The translations under genes were made by a program, and so were the position numbers. The notes beneath the pieces were generated by a model. It was not told where the DNA came from and made no database searches. It saw nothing but the letters and a program-made list of their open reading frames with translations. A stretch of 16,983 nucleotides of DNA from Armatimonadota bacterium. Lineage in GTDB: Bacteria; Armatimonadota; Zipacnadia; Zipacnadales; UBA5352. Each line of letters opens with the position of its first letter. Positions within the stretch are counted from its first letter, which is position 1. The DNA lies in contig JAYENL010000326.1 of NCBI GenBank assembly GCA_034722055.1, positions 1-16,983 of the forward strand, read 5' to 3'. Below, piece after piece: positions 7,804 through 15,976 of this stretch.

Positions 7804-8072
7804 CTAACGCATTGCCCACATCTTGGGCGCTGGCGGAAGGCCCATGGGCGCCCTGCGCGGGAAAGCCGTTTGCAGTTCCATCCCGGCCCATGTCGTTGCT
7901 CACGCCGAACGGCAAACGGGCGGGCCGGGATGGAACCTGCCGCCTGCGCGAAACGACGGCGCAGGCGGCACCCTCGCTGCGCTCGGGCGGCCCCTCCGTA
8001 CGACACCAACACAGGCCTGAGCCCGTGCTCAACTCCATCGCAGGCCTCCCGCAAGATGTGGGTAATGCAGAG
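7804..8072. mobile_element. Putative non-autonomous MITE-like insertion
   Basis: 17-bp inverted repeat with one mismatch (GCATTGCCCACATCTTG 7809-7825 / CAAGATGTGGGTAATGC 8052-8068), flanked by the 9-bp direct repeat GCCGTATGG (7795-7803 and 8073-8081). No credible ORF inside. Confidence 0.45.
7832..7998. repeat. Second doublet of branched REP-like units (left unit degenerate)
   Basis: Perfect 15-bp inverted repeat GTTCCATCCCGGCCC (7875-7889 / 7922-7936). The minus-strand unit 7998-7922 has the same head, two hairpins and tail as the units at 6-85 and 181-257. Confidence 0.7.
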
Positions 8073-8190
8073 GCCGTATGGAGGGGCCGGACCACTGTCC
8101 GGCCCGCCGTTTCTCCTGTGCGCGCCGTTGGTCTCAAGGTCCGCATGAACGGCCTAAGGGCAGGGCGGGAATCCCGCCCCTCCGTACGGC
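8073..8190. repeat. Inverted doublet of simple GGAG-headed REP-like hairpins
   Basis: GCCGTATGGAG-GGGCCGGAC-CACT-GTCCGGCCC on plus (8073-8105) and GCCGTACGGAG-GGGCGGG-ATT-CCCGCCC on minus (8190-8163). The ends form a 15-bp inverted repeat with one mismatch. Confidence 0.65.
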
Positions 8191-8258
8191 ATGACTGGGG
8201 CGTCTGGTAGGGCGCCCTGCACGCTGCGCTCCCCCGGTACTGCGCCAGGTTGCCGCCG

Positions 8259-10298
8259 TCATCCCCCGAGGTTGAGGTAGTAGCGGAATGAGATGACGGG
8301 ATCGATGAAGTAGTTGATGAAGATACGCCACACGATGCCGCCGACCAGGACATGCCCGAAGAACAGCCCCAGGAAGGCCGGCACCACCCTCCGGTAGGCC
8401 GGCAGGCTGCCGTAACGGAGCGTCAGCCGCTGGGCGATCCAGGCGCCCAGGAACGGGCCCCAGTAGGGCGACCAGTCGTTGTAGAGGGTGCCCATGATGA
8501 TGCCCAGTGGGTGGAAGGGGAAGTTGGAGACAACCATGCGGGCGTAGGTGACGATAGCCGTCAGGCCGAAGCCGGCCCCGTAGAAGCCGATCCGGGTCCA
8601 GTCGGGCCCCTGGGGGTTCGCCAGCGCCTGATCCAGGAGCCGGTAGTTGCCCCGCGACCAGTTCAGCGCCCACGACCGCCCTGCGCGCCCGGTCTTGGCG
8701 CCGATCAGCCCCTGGCCGTACTTGTAGCCCACGTCGAGGTGGTACCAGAAGGTCAGCCCCAGAGCCACCAGGCAGGCGGCCAGCATCAGCCACGCGAAGC
8801 TGCCCCGCCTGGAGCGCACGTACTCGGGGAGCTTGAGGCCGTCGGTAAAGGCCTGGCCGGCGCTGTGGGCCAGGACCGTGCGGCCGATCCAGAACAGGGC
8901 GTAGTAGAGGACCATGGACTGCGGAGAGCCTACGCCGCGCAGCCAGCGATTGCCCAGGAGATGTATCGGCACTATGGTGTCGAAGCCGTAGGGATGGGTC
9001 CAGAGAACCGGGGGGCCGGCCTCGGCGCGAATCCGCGCCGCCACCAGCACGAACATCCAGAGGCTTATGAAGTAGGCCAGCAGGGGGCCGAAGCGGATGC
9101 CGGCGTAGCTGAGCATCCACATCAGCGCGACGGTGCCGCCGATGAAGCCCACGGTCTGCGTGCGGTAGGACATCGGCTCGGTCCGGTCATACTCCTGCGG
9201 GCCGGACAGGATGCTGCGCCACACCTGCCTCAGATGCGGCCGGCCGGCCCACAGCATGAAGGCCGTGAAGGCGATGCAGCTTCCCGCGCTCACCTCCTGG
9301 TAGAACGGGAAGCCGGCACCCCGATAGCCGAAGCTGCGACCGGTGATCTTGACCAGCTTCATGAAGAAGTAGCTGCCGAAGGCCGTCAGCAGCACCTCGC
9401 CCGACATCAGGTAGGCCAGCCCCCACACCTCCAGCGCCAGCGAGAAGTTCATGGGGCGCAGGTAGCGCAGCGGCCCCTCGGTGATGCCCGACGCCACGCG
9501 CATGTACTTCTGGATCTGAGGGAAGGCGGGGTAGAAGGCGTGGGTGATGTTGATGATGTTGAATAGTGCCGCCACGCCGAAGCCCGCCCACATGACGGGG
9601 TCGGTGAAGAAGGACTTGACCGGCGAGGAGCCCGAGAAGCCCCCGGTGATCTCCAGCGGCAGGAACAGCATCGGATACGTCAGCCGCTCATTCTCGCTCC
9701 ACTGCTTGCGGAAGATGGCGACCAGGCAGAGAACGGTGAAGGTCAGCACCAGGCAGAACAGCGTCCACCAGCCCAGGGGCCCCCACCATACGTCCCAGGG
9801 CACGCGTCCGGTGGCGGTGCCCTCGAAGAAGCCCTCCACGACCCAGGTGTCGTGGGGGATGTAGAAGTCAGGGTAATACTGGAACAGCTCCCGGTAGCCG
9901 TCCACGTCCGTGCCGTAGTACTTGGGGAACATGAGGTAGTGGAGGATATAGCCGGCGCGCTCCATTGCCAGCGACGCCGCCAGGGCCGCATACACCAGCA
10001 GCAGCTCCCCGCGAGAGAACGGCGCCAGCAGTCGGGGCATCCGACCGGAGCGCCACAGCGCCCACAGCCCGGCATTGAGGCCCATCAGGATCAGCAGGAA
10101 CAGGATGGCCGGTGCGGGAGGGACAATGTAGGGCACCCAGCAGATGCGCACGTAGCCCAGGCGAGTGATGCCGATGTAGGTGGCGAAGGTCAGGACCACC
10201 GTCAGCAGCACCGCCCGCACGGTGAGGGCCCCGATGTCGGCGGGAGCGGTGAGCTGATCGTCGGCCCGCTGCGAAGCGCTTTGTATCACATGGCTCAT
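8259..10298 (-). CDS. Large polytopic membrane protein, DUF6785/DUF6784-like putative transporter (679 aa)
   Basis: Many hydrophobic segments plus RKQWSENERLTYPMLFLP, RIRAEAG, FPFHPLG and LRYGSLPAYRRVVPAFLGLFFG motifs. ATG 10298 follows GGAG and is preferred over 10421, which would overlap the divergent region. Confidence 0.82.
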   Translation of the reverse strand: MSHVIQSASQRADDQLTAPADIGALTVRAVLLTVVLTFATYIGITRLGYVRICWVPYIVPPAPAILFLLILMGLNAGLWALWRSGRMPRLLAPFSRGELLLVYAALAASLAMERAGYILHYLMFPKYYGTDVDGYRELFQYYPDFYIPHDTWVVEGFFEGTATGRVPWDVWWGPLGWWTLFCLVLTFTVLCLVAIFRKQWSENERLTYPMLFLPLEITGGFSGSSPVKSFFTDPVMWAGFGVAALFNIINITHAFYPAFPQIQKYMRVASGITEGPLRYLRPMNFSLALEVWGLAYLMSGEVLLTAFGSYFFMKLVKITGRSFGYRGAGFPFYQEVSAGSCIAFTAFMLWAGRPHLRQVWRSILSGPQEYDRTEPMSYRTQTVGFIGGTVALMWMLSYAGIRFGPLLAYFISLWMFVLVAARIRAEAGPPVLWTHPYGFDTIVPIHLLGNRWLRGVGSPQSMVLYYALFWIGRTVLAHSAGQAFTDGLKLPEYVRSRRGSFAWLMLAACLVALGLTFWYHLDVGYKYGQGLIGAKTGRAGRSWALNWSRGNYRLLDQALANPQGPDWTRIGFYGAGFGLTAIVTYARMVVSNFPFHPLGIIMGTLYNDWSPYWGPFLGAWIAQRLTLRYGSLPAYRRVVPAFLGLFFGHVLVGGIVWRIFINYFIDPVISFRYYLNLGG

Positions 10299-10441
10299 GT
10301 GTGGTGCTCCGAGAGAATCGAGAGCTGGACATGCCCTCAGCGCATTCGCCTGATAGCCGAAGATTCCCTGCCCGAGTGTGAACCTGGGCAGCCCGGGCGC
10401 CGTCCATGTCTTCAGAACCACTTAACGAGGAGGCGGTACCG

Positions 10442-11305
10442 GTGGTGAGCCGAAAGCGTGTGGTCCCCATCACCATCACGTTTGTCCTGGCCGTGACGGT
10501 GGCGCTGGTGCTGGCCGCGCCTGAGGGCGCCGAGCAGGCCGATCCCCAGCCGAATGCGCGGGCGGCGGCCTTCTTCGACAGGCACGACGCGAACGGTGAC
10601 GGCAAGATCGAGCGCGACGAGTTCCAGGGGGCCGAGAACGCCTTCCTTCGCATGGATGCCAATGGGGACGGAACCATCACGCCAGACGAGTTGCAGGCCG
10701 GGCGGCGGCAGGGCGCCCAGCGCGCCATGCGCGATCCTCAGCAGATGTGGCAGCGGATGCTCCAGCGCTTCGACGCCAACAATGACGGGGTGCTGGGGAA
10801 GGACGAATTCGGTGGCCCGGAAAGAATCTTCAGCGCTCTTGACAGGAATGCCGATGGTGTGGTAACCTCCGCGGAGGCTGGACGGATAGGAGGGCGCATC
10901 GGCGACCGTCCCGCTCAGCAGAGAGGTCCGGCCGACGCCCGCGCTCGTTGGCAAGTGATGCTCCAGCGCTTCGATGCGGATGGCGACGGGCAGCTTTCTC
11001 AGGAGGAATGGCCCGGGCGCCCGGAGGTCTTCCAGCGGATGGACCCGGACGGAGACGGAGTCATCACTGAGCAGGACGTGGAGGCCCTCCGCGGCGCACG
11101 CCAGCAGCGCGCGAACCCGGCCCTGACCCTGATCCGCATGATGGACGAGAACGGTGACGGGCAGGTTTCGGCGGACGAATGGCAGAAGTACTTTGACACG
11201 ACGGACGTTAATGATGATAATATGGTCAGCATGGCTGAGCTGGTCGAGCAGATGAAGAAGGTCCTTCGGCCGCCAGCGGCGAATGCTGAACCGGACAACG
11301 AGTAG
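10442..11305 (+). CDS. Secreted EF-hand calcium-binding repeat protein (8 EF-hand loops)
   Basis: Basic-then-hydrophobic signal peptide. Loops DANGDGKIERDE, DANGDGTITPDE, DANNDGVLGKDE, DRNADGVVTSAE, DADGDGQLSQEE, DPDGDGVITEQD, DENGDGQVSADE and DVNDDNMVSMAE. SD GAGGAGG at 10427-10433; GTG 10445 is an alternative start. Confidence 0.92.
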   Translation: MVSRKRVVPITITFVLAVTVALVLAAPEGAEQADPQPNARAAAFFDRHDANGDGKIERDEFQGAENAFLRMDANGDGTITPDELQAGRRQGAQRAMRDPQQMWQRMLQRFDANNDGVLGKDEFGGPERIFSALDRNADGVVTSAEAGRIGGRIGDRPAQQRGPADARARWQVMLQRFDADGDGQLSQEEWPGRPEVFQRMDPDGDGVITEQDVEALRGARQQRANPALTLIRMMDENGDGQVSADEWQKYFDTTDVNDDNMVSMAELVEQMKKVLRPPAANAEPDNE

Positions 11306-11320
11306 TTGACGCACGAGCTT

Positions 11321-11380
11321 TCCGTCGCAAGACGGAGCATCTGCGGCCCCAGGTCTCCCCCCGCCTGGGGCCGCGGTGCT
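11321..11380. terminator. Tandem hairpins downstream of the EF-hand gene, possible terminator or stabiliser
   Basis: TCCGTC-GCAA-GACGGA (11321-11336) and an 11-bp stem GCGGCCCCAGG/CCTGGGGCCGC (11343-11374), extendable to 11336-11380. No strong U-tract. Confidence 0.4.
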
Positions 11381-11383
11381 TAA

Positions 11384-11512
11384 CAGATGGTGGAGCCGGT
11401 GAAGAGAGGGTGCGAATCCCAAGTGTCGGTGGAACGCGCGGGCGAGGCCGCCCGCGCCCCAGTTATCTGTGTTGCGGGCGAAGCAGCGTTCCCCTCGCAC
11501 GCAGGCCATCTG
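11384..11512. ncRNA. Candidate rod-shaped structured ncRNA (6S-like topology, unassigned)
   Basis: Nested, roughly symmetric stems: CAGATGG/CCATCTG, GAGGG/CCCTC, CCC/GGG and a 9-bp apical GCGCGGGCG/CGCCCGCGC. Located in a 308-nt gap between convergent genes. Confidence 0.3.
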
Positions 11513-11613
11513 GGGCTACCGGCTGTAGGGTAGCGTGCATCCGTTGCAGTTGACGTTCAGGCGGGTGTGCACGTCGAAGACCGAGTCGCCGGCGATGTCG
11601 TTGATGCCCGGCA

Positions 11614-12366
11614 CTACAGCCCCAGCAGCGCGGCCGCGTTGTGCCACAGGACCCTCTCGCGGTCCTCGGTCGAGAGCCTGGCGCCCATGACGCGCCCGAC
11701 CTGCGGCGCGTAGTCCCGGCCGGGATAGTCGGAGCCGTAGACGACGCGCTCCGCTCCCAGATGCCGCACGGCGTACTCCACCATCTCGGTGTCGTACCAG
11801 CCCCCGCAGGTGTCCACTGAGACATTGGGCAGGTCCTCTACGTCCTGCACTCCGCGCCGGCCGACGCCCGTCAGGTGCGCCATGATAAAGCGCGTGTCGG
11901 GATGGCGCCGGGCGAGGTGCGCGATGTCGGAGCCGTCCGACTCCTCCGGATACTTCTCGACCATCTTGTACCAGGCATGGAAGAGCACAGGGATCCCCAG
12001 CTCCACCGCCGCCTCGGCGATGGGATCGATGCGGGCGTCGCGGGCGTTGACCTCGATGCCCTGCTTGATGGCCACCATGCCCGCGGCCGCGCAGCGGCGC
12101 GCCTCCTCCCGGATGAACTCCGGCGGGTGGTTCGGGCTGAGGTACATCGCGCCGGAGTAGAAGTCCGGGGCCTCCTCCACCAGGCGCAGCGTGCAGTCAT
12201 TCCGCCGCTGCAGCTCCTCGGTGGATGTCCCCTTCCCCCCGGTCAGGGCGAGGATCCGCTCGATGCCGCTCTGCCCGGCGAGGGACTTCAGCCGCTCCAG
12301 GCGGTAACCGGGCCGGTCATTCGGGTCCGTCCATGGATGATGCACGTGGATGTCGATGGCGGTCAT
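11614..12366 (-). CDS. Amidohydrolase_2 family metal-dependent hydrolase (250 aa)
   Basis: IDIHVH (HxH), VAIK, PVLFHAW, FIMAHLTG, NVSVDTCG and ERVVYGSDYP motifs. Confidence 0.93.
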   Translation of the reverse strand: MTAIDIHVHHPWTDPNDRPGYRLERLKSLAGQSGIERILALTGGKGTSTEELQRRNDCTLRLVEEAPDFYSGAMYLSPNHPPEFIREEARRCAAAGMVAIKQGIEVNARDARIDPIAEAAVELGIPVLFHAWYKMVEKYPEESDGSDIAHLARRHPDTRFIMAHLTGVGRRGVQDVEDLPNVSVDTCGGWYDTEMVEYAVRHLGAERVVYGSDYPGRDYAPQVGRVMGARLSTEDRERVLWHNAAALLGL

Positions 12367-13172
12367 GGCGCCACCCCCAGCAGTGTGCTGGCATTGGCCG
12401 CCGAGACGGCGGCCTTCACGTCATCGTCCGCCTCCGAGTTCGCGATCTTGAGCACGTTCGAGCGAGGATAGAACAGCGGCGCATGGGTGCCGAAGAGCAG
12501 CCGATCCGCCCGGAAGAGCTTCAGGGCCGTCACCAGCGAGGACTCGTACTCGAAGAAGCTCAGCTCGATCCACAGGTTCTCGGGGAGCGCCGCCATCTCC
12601 GACGGCCGCTCGGGGGAGTTGAGCCTGGCCATAAGGTCATCGGGCACGAAGTCCGACAGCTCCCGGAGCCTCGACAGGCCGAACACGATGACCTGAAGCT
12701 CCGGATAACGCTGGGCCATGGCCGCCACGTCGGCGAAGGGCACGCCCGGAACCATGGCGACGGGGTTGTGCATGCGCTCGTCCTCGGCGCGCAGGTGAAC
12801 GCCCACCGCCACACCATCCTCCGCCGCCCGCTCCGCCAGGTCGCTCGCGGCGTCCAGGTCATACGCATGGTAGCCGGGCATCAGCCGCACCAGCGGAACC
12901 TGCCACTGTTGCCGGCAGAGGTCGTAGGCCTTCGGCCACCCGGCCAGCGTCGGGTTGATTACCGCAGAGGGCACGAAGAAGTCCGACGCCGCCAACTCGG
13001 GGAGGCGCAGCTCGTTCGCCTCGTGCGGATCGGGCCAGAACCAGGCCTCCAGCGGGTAGGCGCAGGCGCCGGTGACACCCTCCTCCCGGAGCATCGCCTC
13101 CAGGGACGCGGGATCGGCGGGCGGCGTGGGGCGCATGGCCCACGTCCCGCAGCCCACCGTCATGTCAAACAT
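12363..13172 (-). CDS. Divergent amidohydrolase-fold protein lacking the HxH motif (269 aa)
   Basis: MFDMTVGCGTW, AVINPTLAGW, VRLMPGYHAY, LRAEDER, NLWIELS and DRLLFGTHAPLFYP. ATGA overlap with the next gene and GGAGGAG upstream of ATG 13172. The 14441 start in the ORF track is a shadow extension. Confidence 0.85.
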   Translation of the reverse strand: MFDMTVGCGTWAMRPTPPADPASLEAMLREEGVTGACAYPLEAWFWPDPHEANELRLPELAASDFFVPSAVINPTLAGWPKAYDLCRQQWQVPLVRLMPGYHAYDLDAASDLAERAAEDGVAVGVHLRAEDERMHNPVAMVPGVPFADVAAMAQRYPELQVIVFGLSRLRELSDFVPDDLMARLNSPERPSEMAALPENLWIELSFFEYESSLVTALKLFRADRLLFGTHAPLFYPRSNVLKIANSEADDDVKAAVSAANASTLLGVAP

Positions 13173-13361
13173 GGTTGCAGGTCTCCTCCCTTTCCTCGGT
13201 CTACCAGCTCCCGGTGCCCTTCTTCCCGGCACGGCTGTCTCCTTCAGGCCGGACAGGATCTGACCACGAGGCCCAATGGCTCCTAGCCGCGCGCAGGAGC
13301 CGCCCGGCTCTGCGGAGAAGCTTTCTCCTGCCCTGATAGCGACACCATGGAGGTGCGGCCC

Positions 13362-15887
13362 ATGGCTTCTCGCCTGTCCGTCGCTCTGGCTGCGGTGCTG
13401 TTCTGCGTCGCGGCCCCGGCCGAACCCATCCTGCTCGTCGAGGATGGCGAGCCCTCTGCGGTCATCGTCACCGGCCCGGAGCCGTCGGAGACAGTGGCGC
13501 TGGCGGCAGAGGAGATCGCGCTCTACCTGCAGCGGATGTCCGGTGCGCGCGTGCCCGTTCAGGCCGTGCCCCTTCCCGATCAGGCGGCCGTGCTCATAGG
13601 CGTGGAGGCGGTAGAGCAGTTCGCTGGCGGCGCCGGCCTGCCGGAGCTGGGCCCGGAGGGGCGGCTGCTGCGCACAGTCGATGACCGCCATCTGATCGTC
13701 GCAGGGCAGACCGACATGGGGACGCTCAACGGCGCCTATGACCTGCTGCACCTGCTGGGGGTGCGGTGGTTCATGCCCGGAGAGGCCGGTGAGCATGTGC
13801 CGCGGGCGGGCACGGTGACGGTGCCCGAGATCGACGAGGCCTTCCAGCCCACCATGGGCTACCGCCGCATCTGGTCGGCGGCTCACCGCCTGCGCGAGCG
13901 GCAGACCCAGGAGTATCAGGCGTGGCAGCGGCGGAGCCACATGCCGGGGCACTTCAACGGCAGCATGGGACACGCGTACCACAACATCTGCGACCCGCGC
14001 GACCGGGGGCCATTCGAGGAGCACCCGGAGTACTTCTCGCTCATCGACGGCCGCCGGGTCCAGCGCAGCCAGATCTGCACCACCAACCCCGAGGTGCGAG
14101 CGAGGGCCGTCGAGTACGCTCTGGACTACTTCGCGGCTCACCCCGATGCCGTCATGGTCTCGCTGTCGCCCAACGACGGCTACAACTGGTGCGAGTGCGC
14201 CCGGTGCCAGGCCGAGGGCAGCATGTCCGACAATGCCCTCATGCTCGCCAACCACGTTGCCGACGCGCTTGCCGAGCAGATGCCGGGCAAACATGTGGCG
14301 ATGTACGCCTACGCCCCCACCTCTCCCCCACCGAGCATTCAGGCCCGCGAGAACGTGGTCATCTGGATCGCCACGGCCTTCATCCGCGGGGGCATGAGCC
14401 TCCCGGAGCTGATCGAGGGCTGGTCCGCGAAGTGCCATCACATCGGCATCCGCACCTACTACTCCGTGACCCCCTGGTCATGGGAGATGCCGCAGTACGA
14501 TCCGCAGCGGCTGGCGGACGATCTGCGCTTCTATCACATGAACAAGGCCATCGGCATCAGCGCGGAGTCCGAGGACAACTTCGGCTCTCGCGGAGCGCGC
14601 TACTGGCTGGCCTCACAGCTCATGTACGACCTCGACCGGCCGCTGGACGAGCTGCTGGCGGACTACTACGATGGCTGCTGGGGCGCCGCGGCGCCGGCCA
14701 TGCGACAGTACTGGGCGCGCTGGGAGGGCGGGCAGCCGGTGACGGCCGAGCGGCTGGCGATGGCGCTGCGGGACCTCCAGCGCGCCGACGAGCTGGCTCA
14801 GACCGAGGAGGTGCGCCGGCGGGTCATCCTAATGAAGGCCTACCTGCACTACCTGCGGTTGTTCCGCGAGTACGGGACCGCGTCGGGCGAGGAGAAGACC
14901 GAGGCGCTGGGGCGGTGCCTCAGCTACGGCTACGCCATCATGCCCCTCCACATGATCCACATCCCGAATGTCTTCTACCGCATCGTGGGCAAGCCGGGCA
15001 GCCGCAAGCTCGACATCCCGGAGGAGACGCTGGCCCAGTGGACCTCTACGGAGCCCATGGACCCCTTCGACCCGCGGACGGCCGCCCGCATCGAGGCCGA
15101 CTTCCAGCAGGACCTGCAGGACTACCAGCCTCTGGACGTGGTGCGCGCCGAGTACTCCGAGGACCTCGTGCCGCTGGCGGCCGCGGGTGAGGGCCCGGCG
15201 GGCGCCCCGGCGTGGCGCGGTGCCAACCGGGCCTACGTGATCGCGCCGGAGGATGGCCTCGTGCGGCTGGGCGCGGTCACCGGGCTGATACGCGAGGGGC
15301 CCTGCGTGCTGGCGCTGGAGGAGCTGGATGGAGGCGACATCACGCAGGTCGAGCTGCCGCCCGGCCTCACGCGCGAGATCGCCGTGGACACCGGCCGCGA
15401 GGAGCCGGACGAGCTGCGCATGGCGGGCGACGAGCGCGGCATCACGCTCGACGCCGGCCGCCCCGGCCTGGTGCGCCTGCGCGTGGAGCCGCAGCAGGGC
15501 TCCGCGGTGCGGCTGGACTTCGGCCTCCAGCCTCACGCCTTTGTGGCCAGCGAGGAGCATCCGGCCAGCTTCATCAGCGGCACGCAGGGTCACGTGTCCT
15601 TCTACGTGCCCGCCGACACCGAGCGCTTTGCCGTCAGCGTCCGCACACCCGACCACCACGGTCGCCTCCGCATCTTCCGTGCGGATGGGGAGATGGTCCT
15701 GGAGGAGGCCGGCGACTACACGCTGGGCGAGGCCTTCGCCGTTGACGTGCCCGAAGGCCAGGATGCCGCAGCATGGTCGCTGAGCGTGGACAAGTGTGAG
15801 GACTGCGACCTGGCGCTGATCGGGGTGCCGGCGCTCGTCTCGCAGCGATCGTCAGCGCTCCTGGTACCGGGCGAGGTGGCGCCATAG
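13362..15887 (+). CDS. Secreted DUF4838-like protein with GH67-like N-terminal domain (841 aa), putative carbohydrate-active protein
   Basis: Signal peptide, AAEEIALYLQRMSGA, GTLNGAYDLL..LGVRWF, EEHPEYFSLIDGRR, QICTTNPEV, SLSPNDGYNWCECARC and MYAY..T..PP. SD GGAGGT before ATG 13362. Confidence 0.85.
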   Translation: MASRLSVALAAVLFCVAAPAEPILLVEDGEPSAVIVTGPEPSETVALAAEEIALYLQRMSGARVPVQAVPLPDQAAVLIGVEAVEQFAGGAGLPELGPEGRLLRTVDDRHLIVAGQTDMGTLNGAYDLLHLLGVRWFMPGEAGEHVPRAGTVTVPEIDEAFQPTMGYRRIWSAAHRLRERQTQEYQAWQRRSHMPGHFNGSMGHAYHNICDPRDRGPFEEHPEYFSLIDGRRVQRSQICTTNPEVRARAVEYALDYFAAHPDAVMVSLSPNDGYNWCECARCQAEGSMSDNALMLANHVADALAEQMPGKHVAMYAYAPTSPPPSIQARENVVIWIATAFIRGGMSLPELIEGWSAKCHHIGIRTYYSVTPWSWEMPQYDPQRLADDLRFYHMNKAIGISAESEDNFGSRGARYWLASQLMYDLDRPLDELLADYYDGCWGAAAPAMRQYWARWEGGQPVTAERLAMALRDLQRADELAQTEEVRRRVILMKAYLHYLRLFREYGTASGEEKTEALGRCLSYGYAIMPLHMIHIPNVFYRIVGKPGSRKLDIPEETLAQWTSTEPMDPFDPRTAARIEADFQQDLQDYQPLDVVRAEYSEDLVPLAAAGEGPAGAPAWRGANRAYVIAPEDGLVRLGAVTGLIREGPCVLALEELDGGDITQVELPPGLTREIAVDTGREEPDELRMAGDERGITLDAGRPGLVRLRVEPQQGSAVRLDFGLQPHAFVASEEHPASFISGTQGHVSFYVPADTERFAVSVRTPDHHGRLRIFRADGEMVLEEAGDYTLGEAFAVDVPEGQDAAAWSLSVDKCEDCDLALIGVPALVSQRSSALLVPGEVAP

Positions 15888-15938
15888 TAGCACAACGAAC
15901 ACCCTATCATATCATGAGCAGCACACTCGCCGGACGGC

Positions 15939-15960
15939 GTGCGGACGAGGGCGTCCGCAC
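15939..15960. terminator. Hairpin between convergent genes
   Basis: GTGCGGACG-AGGG-CGTCCGCAC, a 9-bp perfect stem with no U-tract. Confidence 0.35.
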
Positions 15961-15976
15961 CACGGCATGACGGTCC

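Noticed and set aside
7445..8353. Several 65-195 aa ORFs across the intergenic mosaic
   Set aside because: Arg/Pro/Ala-rich low-complexity products with no motifs, explained by GC-rich palindromes lacking stop codons.
11470..11490. GAAGCAGC resembling the SRP RNA domain IV
   Set aside because: The upstream CAGG and GNRA tetraloop half of the motif is missing.
11398..11520. Lysine riboswitch resemblance (GGTGAAGAGAGGGTGCGAA...GCGAAGC...GGGGCTACC)
   Set aside because: It lacks the AGUA/GAAAGG loop-E elements and five-way junction, and there is no downstream plus-strand gene because the flanking genes converge.
13173..14441. N-terminal 423 aa of the 692-aa minus-strand ORF
   Set aside because: It is the antisense shadow of the DUF4838-like gene; the amidohydrolase begins at ATG 13172.
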